A stretch of 64,000 bases of DNA from Adineta vaga (GCA_021613535.1 CP075492.1:12152001-12216000); one strand, 5' to 3'; shown: positions 50,401 to 64,000, counted from the first letter of the stretch. The notes: a model not told the origin generated them from the sequence alone. Translations and numbers: made by a program.

Positions 50401-53135
50401 ACAATTTTAATTAGATTTCATTCATGCAAAATATTGTGTAGACAAAACAACATATAATGTTTACCTCATCCTAGAAGATAATGATGTTCAAACGATATAT
50501 ATAACTATTATTTTGAGATCATTTTTCAAATAACTTACTCGTCCTGTTACTCGTGAATATGTTGATGGTAGTCCAATACTCTTTTCTACACGACGCATCG
50601 CATTACTTATTTTTGCATCATCATTTTCTTCCGCGATAGGCGATTTTTGTGTTGTAGGATTAATTTTAAATTGAATTTTTGATGTACGAAAATCATCATC
50701 GTCATCATCACTTGAATCACTTGAACTTGTTGATTTACGCATTGCTGCTGATGAAAATGGAATTGTACTTTGACATCCGGGACGATTAATTCCACTATTT
50801 GGGATTTGTGGACTTGATTGTGTATATGGTTCAGGTGTTGGCTACAGAGAATAGAAATATTATTTTAAAAGAAAGAAATTCTCATGGGAAAATGTGTTAT
50901 TACGCATTTAGTTTTCTGGATATTGCTTGGTATTTCATTTAGTCCATCCATACTACCGATCATCTTATGAAAACCGTTTGTATCATTCGCTGAACTAATC
51001 GAACTCGTCTCATCCGGTACTTGTGGTGGTTGTACTTGTTCAGTTTTATTTGATTTAGAATTGTTTGATTTCTTTTTATCACCTTTTTTATCTTTACGAT
51101 TTGATGGCCAAAATCCTTCGTAGAGATTTTTATTAAATTAATTCATTAGTTCAACTTCACATACAAAATAAATGTCATACCTTTGAATGCTGGTCGTCGA
51201 ATTTTAACATCAAATGGATTCGATGATGGTTCATTGCTGTTTTCTTGTAAACGAGCTAATGGATTATTAGGATTACTAAGACTCATGGGTGTTGTATTGA
51301 AAAGCGACGATGATGATTGATTATTTGGCAAGATATGTTGATGATTGATAGCCGTATTTGAAGCCAAGGCTAGACAATAATAGACAAATTTAATTGAAGA
51401 GCTATCGATTCCTTTCTTATGGATTATTATAGAAAAGCAAAAGTGCGAACTTATTAGTTAAAATAGACCAGAAAGAAAAAAGGAAACTTAGACATGCAAT
51501 AGCAAAAATAAGTTTTTGCGTGGACGTGAGCAGATAATAGTTCTCTATCTAATTATTCGATGTTCTTCTCATTTTTGTTCTTTAGTATTCTTTTTTTTTG
51601 TTTCTTATACGTGTGCTCTTCTATGTGTCGTACGAACCATGTAAAACATTATAATAATGATGAGCATGAGCTGAATTTATTAGATAGAATAAACAGCGGA
51701 ATAAAAAAACGAGAATCAAAAGATTTACCTCGATTACTTTCACTTTTTTTCATATTTGTTGTTGAGGGCCATCCCGATAACATGGTTGGTGATGAAACAG
51801 GAAAATGTGCTTGAAATGTTGGTACACCTGCTTCAGATTGTTCGAATGTAATCAATTCGTCTGGTAAACCGGCTGATGAATCAGGTGTTACTGATGATGG
51901 AAGATTTGTTAGATTCAATGATGATTTAATATTATCTAGTTCTTCGAATTGGATTGGAGCTATTCGAAAAAAATGTCAAGGAGAAAGTGAAAAAAGAAAA
52001 AGAAGAGGAAAGGGAATACAATAACAATAAATAATTTGACTCATAGATAAGAACATGGGGATATTTACCCGGTCGTTCTATGCCCGTTTTTTTCTGTTCG
52101 ACAAATGCTTCAATAAGATCGGTACCAGTAAATTGTTTAATCCTTTCTTGAAATTCATTTTGTGCTAAACGTGTTTGTTCATTATTTCGTTTAAGTATTT
52201 CTGAATAATGTAATGAAAAACTGAGCATTTTTTCTACATGTTCACCTTCGAAATCTTGAAATTTTGTACAAGCTAAAGAAGAAAATAGACATCGATATAA
52301 CTTTGTAACTTGTTTAGTTTTTTCTTTTCTATCGAAAGATGAAAATCGAAAATCTTATCTATTTGTAATATTTTAACCTTGAGTTTAAAGTGTAAATTAC
52401 CATCATAGAAACGTTTTTCGAATTCATTTCTTAATGAATTATATTTTTCCACTGATGTTTTATAATCATCGAATGATTGACGATATTTTTTTTCTAGACG
52501 TTCAAATTGTCTTGTGGCTGATGTTAACGTATTGAATGCCGTTTGAGCAAGACTACTGGATGTATTATTATCTTGTGGAATTGGCGTAGATGTTCCATTT
52601 GTTAAATTATTTCCTGAACGTTTAGCACGTTCATAATCTAAACCGATTGAATGATATTGTTCTTTTGCTTTATTCAAAGTATTTAATGCGTTGTTTAGTT
52701 GTGAAACAAGATCAGCTGTACGTGTAATATCAGGATCTTTTTGTATAGATGTTTTGACTTTTTTTTGATAAGAATCATGATAATTATGAATTTCTCGTAG
52801 TAAATCTTGATAATATGTCACAGTAGATAAATGTGTTTGTGCGATTTTTTCTAACAAATCACGTATGGATTGCCATATTGGCGTAAAAGTTCCAACATGT
52901 TGAACTTTTAATAATTGTGATTGTAGACGAGATAAATTTTTACAATAGGCTGATTCATATTGTGAACTAAATGAAAACAAATAAATAAACATACAAATGA
53001 GATATTTCAACTATGCCTTTCATTCAAAAATCGTTGAAATTCTTCGATTGCTATTGCTCCATTTTTTACATTTGTTGATAGAACTTCAAAACCTCGATTA
53101 CCTTCACCCCAAAACGTATCATTCCAACGAACCAT
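47401..53135 (-). CDS. FCHO: FCH and mu-homology domain endocytic adaptor (FCHO1/2-like)
   Basis: N-terminal F-BAR (FWGEGNRGFEVL), Ser/Pro-rich linker (SSDDDDDD..KIQFKINP), C-terminal muHD (IPIAVAFQETIH, HVQFLAE...GYRVSLLKKKIASGKY). Confidence 0.88.
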
Positions 53136-54292
53136 GGGGAATAATACGATCTAAAATGTAAAAACAAGAGAATTCCTATGTTATTTATTATCGAACGAAT
53201 AAAAAAAAGAGAACATTTCTTCTCGTTTCTTGCTCTCTTGCAACAATCCAATTTATAAGGATATTCGCTACTGATCATCGATTTCCACGCATTGATAGTA
53301 GCGCTATTACGCGAAAAGAGAATTCTTTATATAAGTCGAAAATGGCGAAAAGTTGTTCTTCTATTCTATTCTACTATGTTGATCTAATAATCAACTAATT
53401 TTGATTGATAAGAATTTGTCAATAATGAATGATCTTAATGACATTATGATAATATCTACTCTTATTAGTTTGTTTTTGAATATAAATGAATGTTAAAAAC
53501 TACAAGAAAGTAACTGATTAAAACCTATTCGAGATCTTAATTAGATTGTATATGGTTACTTCGTTGCTTTGATAAAAACATTCATTCTTTCTTGCTAGAC
53601 ATATAATTATTTCATTGTGATCTTTATGTCAATTTGATATGTAACATTACGAACAAAGAGTAAAAATATTGTTGTATCAAATGTAATCTTTTCTCTTTCG
53701 AAATTGTCATTTGCATAAATTATAAATATTAATGATATGCATGCAATTGCAGTATTGTATTTTCATCACTAAATTGAACCGTCAATGTTTCTTTCAAAAT
53801 AGCACAATATTTATGAAAGTTTTCATGTTTTATTTATTAATCAATCGAATGAATAATGAATGAACTTCATACTATAGCATGAGATAAGATTTTGTTCGAA
53901 TATTGTCATTTTGTCTTAGGTCAGTGGAACGAAACAATTCATTACATTAAAGACAGAAATTTTGAAAAACTGAAGTACAAACAACGATTGATGAATATAT
54001 AGATTTGCTGATTAGTTTTTCAGAGTTTTTTCAATGAATATAATGCTGTGATTCTGAGTGCTTTATTCATCATTTACTCACGCACTGCTCACTACATCCG
54101 TTTTGTAATTAGAAAACTTTCTGTATTGTGATTCCGATATTAACACGATAACATCGATAAAAAATCTTTTCATTCGATATTCATTAAGTGCAGCAACTTT
54201 AGAATGAATAAATAATCTTGACAAACAAAATTAGTTATAGAATAGTTTTATTAATAGAGAAAAAAAAACAAATATCTTTCGTTCTCTTCTCT

Positions 54293-55941
54293 TCACGGTA
54301 ATCGCAAATCATCAGATGATGAAGGTTTTTCAAAATAATTCTCAATCTCTTTCTCTGTTACATTCTTCAATGAATTCGGTTTCCATTGTGGTTTGTTATC
54401 TTTATCGACCAGAACTGAAAAAGAAGACAACATTCTATGATTATTTATAAATGAAATCAATCAATTCTAGTTACCAGCCCGAACACCTTCAAAAAAATCA
54501 TGACCATTCATTACATTTTGTACCATACGGTATTCCATAGTTAAACAATCTTTTAAATCTAATTTTTGGCCACGTTTTAATTGTTCAAATGTCACTTTAA
54601 GTGATGTTGGACTCTAGAACGAAGATTTTCTTTACAAAGAACCAATACTAGGACAAACAAACCATCTTTTCAAGTGTTGATAATTGTTTCAAAGCAAATT
54701 CGGAACCATCCGATTTCAATTGTTCAAGAATTGTTTCAACATTTTTCGAATTAATTGAAAACAAACGATTGATTTGAGGTAATTGTTCTTGAAGACTGAA
54801 TGGTGGTTGAGACTCAATCTATTTAAAAAAACGAACTGTATCTAATAGAAAGTTTTGTTTTGAATTTATTCTTACCGATGCTTGGCTAGATTTATCTAAA
54901 AGTTCTTTGACGGAATTATGATTTGCTTTTGGTATGTCTACAAGTTTTCGTTCTAGTTCTTCTAACTAAATAAAGACAGAAAAAAATGACATCGTTCAAT
55001 CCCACAAAATTTCATTGTAAGTATTTACTCGATTAGTTGGAACAAAATGTGTAGCAATACCAGCATGAAGTACATCAATACCACGTAAACGATAACCAGT
55101 TAATCCAAGAAAAACTCCAAGATTGTTTGGTAATCGTGAGAGAAAATGTGATCCACCAACATCTGGAAAGAGACCTACAAAACAATACAACATCGATCAT
55201 CCATTCTATTCTACATATTAATTCTGTTTTTTAACCAATCGCTGTTTCTGGCATTGCAATCGTTGTTGTTTCTGTTGCTACACGAAATGGTCCATGTACT
55301 GATAAACCACAACCCTAAACAAAAACTCAATGAAATATCATTTTCTTTTGGACTTTATTTACTCCGCCCATAGTAATACCATTGATAATTGCGACATAAG
55401 GTAATCGATAAGTTCCAGTAAGATGGTTCAATTTATATTCTTCATGAAAGAATTCTTGTCGAAGTTTTTCACCTTGTGATGTTTTATCCAAAAGTGCTGA
55501 ATGAAAATAATAGTTTAGATTTCGGTTATCAATTCAATTATCTTTACCTTTTATATCACCACCAGCACAGAATGCTTTTGGGCTAGTACTTTTTACAATA
55601 ACTAATTCGGTTTTACCATCAGATTCCCATTCCTGTACATACAATTCTTGTTTAAAGAGAGAATCATTATACAAAAAATAAAGTGATTTTTATACTTTCA
55701 TTTTTGGATAAATTTCTTTAACCATGGATAATGATAAAGCATTTAATGCTTTTGGTTTATTCAATTGAATAATACCTGTTTTATTAATATAATCAAATTT
55801 CACTTCATCATTTGTATTAGTCACTGGTTTTTGTTGCACATCTTTATTCGATGTTTCTGCCAGGTTAGGAGTTGATAAATGAATATTAACTCTTGGATAG
55901 ACTCGAGAAAAATTTGATCGAATCAATAGTGTTCGAAACAT
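54293..55941 (-). CDS. HIBCH: 3-hydroxyisobutyryl-CoA hydrolase, mitochondrial
   Basis: [72 protein letters not shown]; N-terminus resembles a mitochondrial presequence. Confidence 0.94.
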
Positions 55942-56496
55942 GAACGAAAGCAAATGATGTCGACCACGATCACGATATATTAGCTTTTAGGCTATTCGTG
56001 ACGAACCAATCAAAGAAAACGACATCTATTTGTTGGTTTACAGCCATTCAGATGTTTCCATCAAGGCCTATATTTACCGTTACCAGTAGGCTGAAAATAC
56101 TAAAGAAATCATCCATCTGCCGATAGATTCATTGTTAAATGAATGAACATTTCTCTCTTTTATTTTCCTTCCATTTCGAATTAAATCGAAATATTCAACA
56201 ACGAAAAGTTTCGACTTTCGATTTTAAATGATCGTCAAAAACACTCTTTTTTTTACATATTAACAAGGTATTTTTTTCAGATCAATTGAATGTCAACTGT
56301 ACGAATTGTTATCATTCATTATTTTGAACATTCATAACCACTCAATTCAAAAATGATTCGCTACTTGTGATTAATTTATCTAGATTGATTGTAGCGCTTT
56401 GATCTGGAAGAAAAGACGCGATGATTACTGAATACGATTGATATACATAAACAAACGAACGAACGAACGATCGCTTTCTTCTCATTCTCATCAAGA

Positions 56497-59400
56497 ATGG
56501 TCACAACATTGATGGCCTATGCTCAATTAGAAATTGATAACAGCTCTACATGTATTCCTCGGTAAACTGAATTTTACCTATTTTTCATATCTAATTTTTG
56601 TGTTTCATTAGACTTTGTAAATTCAGTATTGTTCGTCTTGTATTAAATCGATTGAATGAGGGCGGTGATTCAAATTCTATTGTTGTTGCTGTCAAAATTC
56701 AAGTAAAACATTGATTATTTTACTTACCATATTCATTAAATTGTCTTCACAGAGTAATAAACGAACATTTCGTTGTTGTGATATTCCTCTTCAACAAGAT
56801 GGAAATCTAGATGTATCTGTTAATTTACAATATATCCTTACTGTACGTACACAATTATGAATCGATTTGTTTCTGAATAGAAATATGTATTTCGTATTTT
56901 TAGTATCCTCATTACTTTAAAAGAGATATCAATAAAATTCAGATCTATATCCAACGACGAAAAAATCGACCTATGATCGGTTATAAAACTTTAGCTAAAG
57001 GTGAAATAAATCTTAATCAAGTAAATAATGAATATAAATTTAAAATCAATAGTCTAAACTGTTTCTTTTCAGGTTATTCAACAATCTCAAAGTGTAGATC
57101 TACATTTATATGGTAATCTCAATGAAAAAACTAAACAGACAATTCGTTCAATAAATGCCGATGAATTTTCTACAAATGAAATACAAAATCGTTCTGTTGG
57201 TTATGTTTCAATCGTATCCTTATCAAGTACGATTCCAAATGAAGCTGAAGCTATTGAACAACCAGAAATTGGTTTAACATCGAATCGGTTAATAGAAAAA
57301 CAGCATCAATTTGGTAAAAGACTATTCAATTTTATCTTGTATAAATTTGTCTTTTTATTCTAGAGAAATCTTTTAATGATGACTATGAATATAATGAAGA
57401 TGAAGAAATAAATTCTGAACTTGAAGATAGTGATATGGAATTTAATAGTAAAAATAAACAAAAATTTAATCCTAATGTTATACGAAATAAATTAATTCAA
57501 ATGTTCAAACGTAAAGGTGTACAATCAACAACGAATCCAAATAAAAATTCCATTTCTCAGGGAACAGAAACGAATCATTTCGATCATCAATATGAAAGAA
57601 TTCTATTTGATCGACAGTCAGATACAGAAGAAGATCCGCCGTCAGATATTAGTGATAGTACAATACCAGTTGATCAATGGAGTATTGAATCTGTACCTAA
57701 ACCAGGTTTTACACCAGTTGAACATTTACAATTATTAAAATGTGTAAGTCAAATTGAACTGAACGATTTTTCACTTTAATAACATCTTTTTATCGTACAA
57801 TAGACTGATGATGAAACGCATTTAATTAAGCAAATAAAAACTAATATTGATAGTCCATTCGACTCCGATACATCAGATCCTGGCGTCGATAATGATCAAA
57901 TAAACAATCATCAACATTTCCTACCAATATCTGAAACAAAATCCTTACGATCATCAATCGTTTGTTTTGACTGAATCTTTATTACTTGTGTAATAATGAA
58001 TTTTCATTTTCTTAGACAATTCGTGATAGTGCAATTAAACAACTCGAAGAACTCTATACAAATGATCGTCTACCAGAATCAATCATTTTTCTCTATACTG
58101 GTCTTAATCAACCAAATGTATGTAAAGAATTCTTTAGGAGAAAAACAAAATAACAAATGTTCATTATATATATATCTAGATAACAGCATCAAAATTTAAA
58201 GAACATAATCTATCTGTCGTATCATTGAATGCTTTAAATGAATCAAAAGGCGTTTTAAATAATTTAATACAACGTATACAAAAATGGTTTGTAAAATTTG
58301 AAGGAAAATATTCAGATTTATAATCTATTTATTATTAGTTCAAGTCAAGCTGTTATACGCATTGTTCTACTTGGTGATGATGCATTTATAAATTCATTTC
58401 TTCAATCTTATGTTGAATGTTTAACATCACGACCACATGAATATATGGCTTATTTTCGATTTTATTTCATTCCATTAGGTACATATTCTAAGGAGTACTT
58501 TTCATGTATTCTTTTTTGTATTTTTAGTGTTTTCCTATCTGGCGAAATTTCTTGGTAGTTTGGATCCACAATATGAAATACTTTTCGGTGGTAGTAATGA
58601 TTTTTATCATACTGTAGCAGGTAATTGAATTCAACTGTTCAAAGACAAAAGATTTGTCTTCGTTGTAGATATACGAGATTTATCTCAGAAGATTAATCGA
58701 TATTTGAAAACATCTCAACGTACATTATCATTACCTGTTGGAGAAGTTATGCTTAATCGAAAAGGCAAATTGTATGTTTCAAACTTATTTTCTTCTATCC
58801 ATTATATTCACGTATTTCTCTTCTTTCAGATCAGATGAAGATTCATCGCCAACATTTCTCCCATTCTTTTGTGTATGTAGAACTTTTTTTGCAAAGAAAT
58901 TCTTCGAAATAAACAAATATTTTAGTATGTTCGATTGGGAACATTATCTGCCAATGAAAATCAATTATCATCAATAGATGATAATACACTTCCTTCAACA
59001 TCGTTATCTCTAGCAACAAATCTTCTATCACGTGAATTGAAAGATTCATCAGATGATGAAAATAATCAAATCTTGTTACCAAAATCTCCTCAAGCTAAAT
59101 TAACAAATAATTTGATTAAAACGTTTGGTACAGATGATTTCTCCACATCACCATTTGATCTTTCGATTGATTATTGGACTAGTGTTGATAATCAAAAAGA
59201 TAAAAAGGATGGAATGAGAACAATAAAATCATCTTTAAAATCAAATATGCGTGTATTAACAATAACTAGACAATCGGAAATGACGATCGATGGAAAAATT
59301 TCACCTTCATTAACAATGACTTATATAACAAGAGAGAAGAGACAAAAAAGTAAGTTTACTCAAATAAAATTCATCGAAAACATGTTTTTCTTTCAGTTAT

Positions 59401-59685
59401 GAAATTTGGAAAAAAACTTAAAGATGGACAAAATAATAAAATTATCGAACGACAAGAAATAACGGGTATTAATCGATTGGTCTGTACATCCAAATCACAA
59501 AATGTTGAATTGAAAGGTACGTGATAAATTTCGAATACTTGTTTTTTCCTTACTATTATCTTATTTTAGTGAATATCGATGGTCAAGAATGGGACAATGT
59601 TAAATTCTTTCAAATATCTTCTCAATGGCATACACATATTAAATATTTTCCCCTTGCTTTATTTAATGAGACACGCAATACTTAA
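56497..59685 (+). CDS. PACS: Phosphofurin acidic cluster sorting protein (PACS1/2 family)
   Basis: N-terminal [29 protein letters not shown]; C-terminal [26 protein letters not shown]. Confidence 0.88.
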
Positions 59686-60112
59686 ATCTATCTCAATTCT
59701 TCTAATCGATGTAAACATTTCGTAATGCTCTATTTCAATAGATGTTTAGCTGCTATTATTCTATCGTTAATATGCTTTGTACATTGATGTGTTTGACAAT
59801 AGTAGAATGATCTGTATTATATTAAATTTTTTTTGTATAAACAAGAATGTAAGTCAGATACTACAGAAATTAAATGAGATTTGATACATTTCTGTGTCTA
59901 ATATAACACGTGCTTGATGATTTTGTTTTTCGTTTCTGTTTACGTTTTCACGATCGTTGAAGTGTAGATATGTGAAGAATGCCCAACCAGATTGTTTGGT
60001 TTTTGTATATTTGCCATCATTGTCTCATGATCATGATTGACAAATAAATATAGTATTAAGCTTTGTGTTGATTCACTGCTAATAATCTATATTTTAGATA
60101 TATTTTATAATT

Positions 60113-62060
60113 ATGAAAGTATTTTCATCTGTTATTTTTCTCATTCTTTTAAGTCAAGTCAAGGCACAGCAAAAGGAACTTGTTGCTGGTCATGTCGTAA
60201 GTGCACCTATTGTAGCACATTAATCTCATTCTCATTGTCTTCACGTCATCATTTCAGTTATTCAGACATGGTGATCGAACACCAATAACAACTTATCCTA
60301 CTGATCCTATGAAAGAAGAAGATTGGCCTAATGGGTATTGAATCATCATTCGATATGTTTTTTCTCCATTCGTCTATGCTTATATGAATATTTAGTTATG
60401 GTCAGTTAACATCTGCTGGTATTGAACAACACCATCGTCTTGGTCAATATCTTCGCACTCGTTATGACTCAATTCTCAGTACTACTTACAGTCCACGTGA
60501 ACTTGTTGTGCGCTCGACGGATTATGATCGAACACTGATGTCAGCTCAATCGAATCTTGTTGGTCTCTATCCACAAATGAATCTGACAAGTGATAAAATA
60601 CCTATTCAACCAATTCCAATACATACTGTACCCATCAGTGAAGACTTCGTATGTGAAAAAGAAAAGAATTTGATAGAATCCAATAATTTTCTTTGTTTAG
60701 CTACTTGGTGTGAACACTTGTCCAAGATGGATGAGATCGAACTTGAAGTTTATCGAAGCGACGAATTCAAGAGAATGAATACATATTATGAGGTAACATT
60801 AATATTTTCATGTGAACTATAAATTCTACCAAAATAATGATAGTTAATCGTTAAAAAAACTACAAATGTTTTCTAATTTTCTTAAAAATACAAAACCTTA
60901 TTCTTCTACATAAATCTAGGCTGATTAATTAACATGATTATGCTTCAATTTTTGCTTATTGATGTTTTCACTTAAATAAAAGAATTTGATCTTATTTAGC
61001 CATTTTTTGAAAAACTTCAAGTATGGACAGATATTAGCAATATTACTGTGTACAATGCTTGGGATATAGCTGATACAATATTTGTTGAAGTAAACATACA
61101 AGTATTGATATAGATATAGAATGTTCTCTTGAATTTTTATAGCATATTTATAATAAAGAACCAACATGGGCTACTGAAGCTGTTCAAAAGAATCTTACAG
61201 CTGTGAATGAACTTTCCTTTCATTTTCTTTATTTGGATGATAATACAAAACGAATTCGAGGAGGTACAGTAACTAAATTTCATTCTTTTATTTCACTAAA
61301 AAAACATCTTTACCTTCAATAGGTCCTGTCATTCAAGATATCTGGCTTAATATGAACAATTCAAAACATGGATTGACGATTCCTAAACTCAAAATGTATT
61401 CAGCTGTAAGTTCAAAATCAAAGTTACCATTTAAATGAAGAATAATCATATTTTTTTAGCACGATACAACGGTGAGTGCAGCTTTGGCTTTTCTTCGTAT
61501 CAACTATCCACATCAACCACAAGTAAGCTGGATTCAATCATACCACATAATCATCTGTTTCTACCATTCTTTAGTATGCATCTGCTCTATTTCTCGATCT
61601 CTATAGACAAAGTAAATTACTACTTTTTCAATACGAAACCGAAAACAAAATCCTCTCTCCATTCAATTGATTGTAGATGGAACATACTTTGTCAAAGTGG
61701 AATATCTGAATGTAACAGATTCGAATAAACCATATGCATATGTATTGGATGGTTGTCCAACAACTGAATGTCCATTAGATATTTTTACAGCTATATATCA
61801 ACCTCATTTTCCGGAAACAGCACAAGTTGAATGTGCAAGCAAGAACAAACCTCCAAGTAAATTTGATTATGTTGTCTGTTTAATCTATTTTATTCGCTTT
61901 AGGTGGTGATGGAAATAATAAGATAATGATAATTATTTTAAGTTTGGTCGTTGTCGCTCTTACTGCTATTATTATTAGTCTTTTTATATATCTTTATCGA
62001 CAAAATCAGAAGTCATATGTACAATTTTCATCTTCTGAAACAGTGGAACCTACAGTTTAA
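60113..62060 (+). CDS. Histidine acid phosphatase, lysosomal/prostatic (ACP2/ACP3-like), copy 1; apparent 1-nt frameshift near 60729
   Basis: Signal peptide, [31 protein letters not shown]; C-terminal TM and a YVQF (YxxPhi) tail. Confidence 0.9.
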
Positions 62061-62735
62061 AACTTTGAAAATTATTGACTCTACGAACAAAGATCTGTGT
62101 GACGTGATCTGTAGTTTTTTGTATAATTTTATCTTTGGATTTTCTTTGGGATCAGTTATGAAGTATTTTCATGGTGAAATAAAAGGGTAAAGGTAAAAGA
62201 TTGTATGATTTTAGAAATGTTGCCACCAAGCTTCATGATGAAGAATAATTCCAATCAAATTGGTACATCAATATAGATTATTGTATTCCTTTCCTTAAAA
62301 TTGAACAGAATATGAGCAGAAAAAGTGATACTTATTGACAAGTGATCAAAAAATCGAATTTATTTTCACAAACAGTGTCCAAGAAACGGAATCCTTTCTA
62401 TTATTCCTATATATTCCTCTTTGATAAACAAAATTTCGGTGACATATTATACGATACGATATTAACGTTAAAGGCTTCGAATAGATTCTGTATCCTTCAA
62501 ATTAAATTGACAGATTTTACGACCGAGGACAAATTTATCTATTGATTGATTTTAATAGTAACTGATTGTATTAACACATTTTCAGGATGAATATGCCGTG
62601 ATATATATCACTTTTATTTCTCTTGTATCCGTATGTTTCTGTCTGACCTTTTCATATACCTCGCTTGATTCTCCAGACATCTCTTCCATAAAAATCTATT
62701 TTCCTCTGTTCTAGATTTCGACTAGCAATAAGACA

Positions 62736-64000
62736 ATGTATATACACGTCATTCTTTTCACTTTATTTACTTATGCCCAAACGGAACAAAAGGAACTTAT
62801 TGCTGGTCACGTTGTAAGTACACATATTATACCACATTAATCTCATTCTCATTGTCTTCACGTCATCATTTCAGTTATTCAGACATGGCGATGAACACCA
62901 ATAACAACTTATCCTACTGATCCTATGAAAGAAAAAGATTGGCCTAATGGGTAATGAATCATCATTCGATATGTTTTTTCTCCATTCGTCTATGCTTATA
63001 TGAATATTTAGTTATGGTCAGTTAACATCTGCTGGTATTGAACAACACCGTCGTCTTGGTCAATATCTCCGTATTCGTTATGGCTCAATTCTCAGCACCA
63101 CTTACAGTCCACGTGAAATCTTTGTTCGTTCGACAGATTTTGATCGAACATTGATGTCAGCTCAATCGAATCTTGTTGGTCTCTATCCACAAATGAATAT
63201 GACAAGTGATAAAGTACCTATTCAACCAATTCCAATACATACTGTACCCACCAGTGAAGATTATGTCTGTTTAGATACAACCAAGAAAGAAAAATCGAAT
63301 AAATTTTTATATTTAGTTACTTGGACAAAGCGATTGTTTCTTATATAATGGTGTTGGACAAGAAGTGTATCAGAGCGAGGAGTTTAAACGATTAAACAAA
63401 TATTATGAAGTATGACTCTCCTTTTTACATGCTGACTTGGACTTTAAATGATTTCTTTTCAGCCCCTTTTTCGAAAGCTTGAGATATGGTCAAATCTTAC
63501 TAATATTACACTATACAATACATGGGGTTTACCTGATGCAATATTCATTGAAGTGAGGATAGAAGTATACAAATCGATTTCAAATGTTCTTTTTCTTCTT
63601 TCTTTGACAGCATATTTATAACAAAGCACCAGCGTGGGCTGATGAGGATGTCCGGAAGAGTTTATCAGAAATAAGTGACATTAACTTTTATTTTGCATTT
63701 TCAAATGATAGAATAAAACGATTACGAGGAGGTCAAGTAACTCAATATCATTCCTTATATCATGAGACAAATTCTTTTTTTTACAGGTCCAGTAATTCAA
63801 GATATGTGGCTCAATATGAACAATTCAGTACATAACGATACGTTTCACAAATTAAAAATATATTCCGGAGTAAGTACACTACTCGTAATTGTCTATCATA
63901 TCGAACATTGAGTATTTCGCATAGCACGATGGAACGGTGAGTGCAGCTTTGGCTTTTCTTCGTGTCAACTACCCACGTCAACCACAAGTAAGCTGAATTC
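62736..64000 (+). CDS. Histidine acid phosphatase, tandem copy 2; 3'-truncated by the window; frameshift inside the RHGDR motif
   Basis: Same exon layout as copy 1. Reads AGACATGGCGATGAACA where copy 1 has AGACATGGTGATCGAACA (C missing near 62892). The HDGTV motif is present. Confidence 0.82.

Noticed and set aside
1-64000. CRISPR arrays, tRNA/rRNA genes, intact transposons and clearly bacterial horizontally transferred genes
   Set aside because: No repeat-spacer pattern, cloverleaf, or transposase/RT motif was seen, and every gene I could assign belongs to a family normal for metazoans.

Overview
AT-rich (roughly 30% GC by eye), gene-dense eukaryotic DNA with very short GT-AG introns (mostly about 50-65 nt) and metazoan genes. 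The style suggests a bdelloid rotifer, but that is an inference. About 20 protein-coding loci could be reconstructed by hand: WASHC4 (3' part), an LRR-TM protein, an orphan, an SLC25 basic amino acid/carnitine-type carrier, chitin synthase, a His/Gln-rich protein with a Val/Pro-rich articulin-like block, an SLC6 monoamine-type transporter, an ankyrin-SOCS box protein, an NFIL3/vrille bZIP factor, a cyclophilin with a long N-terminal extension, a second LRR-TM protein, a hydrophilic coiled-coil protein with CAHS/LEA-like architecture, G-protein gamma, TBC1D22, AKAP14, FCHO, HIBCH, PACS and two tandem histidine acid phosphatases. No tRNA, rRNA, CRISPR array or intact transposon was recognised. 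Best leads: (1) twelve nuclear-receptor half-sites, including a perfect AGGTCAnnnTGACCT (ERE-type) palindrome, upstream of NFIL3; (2) candidate 6-9 nt in-frame microexons in unusually long introns of three membrane-trafficking genes, two of them followed by TGCATG; (3) a candidate CAHS-analogous desiccation protein; (4) a candidate articulin-like integument skeleton protein. Six single-base frameshifts, five of them in homopolymers, are most likely assembly errors. CDS coordinates are genomic spans that include introns.
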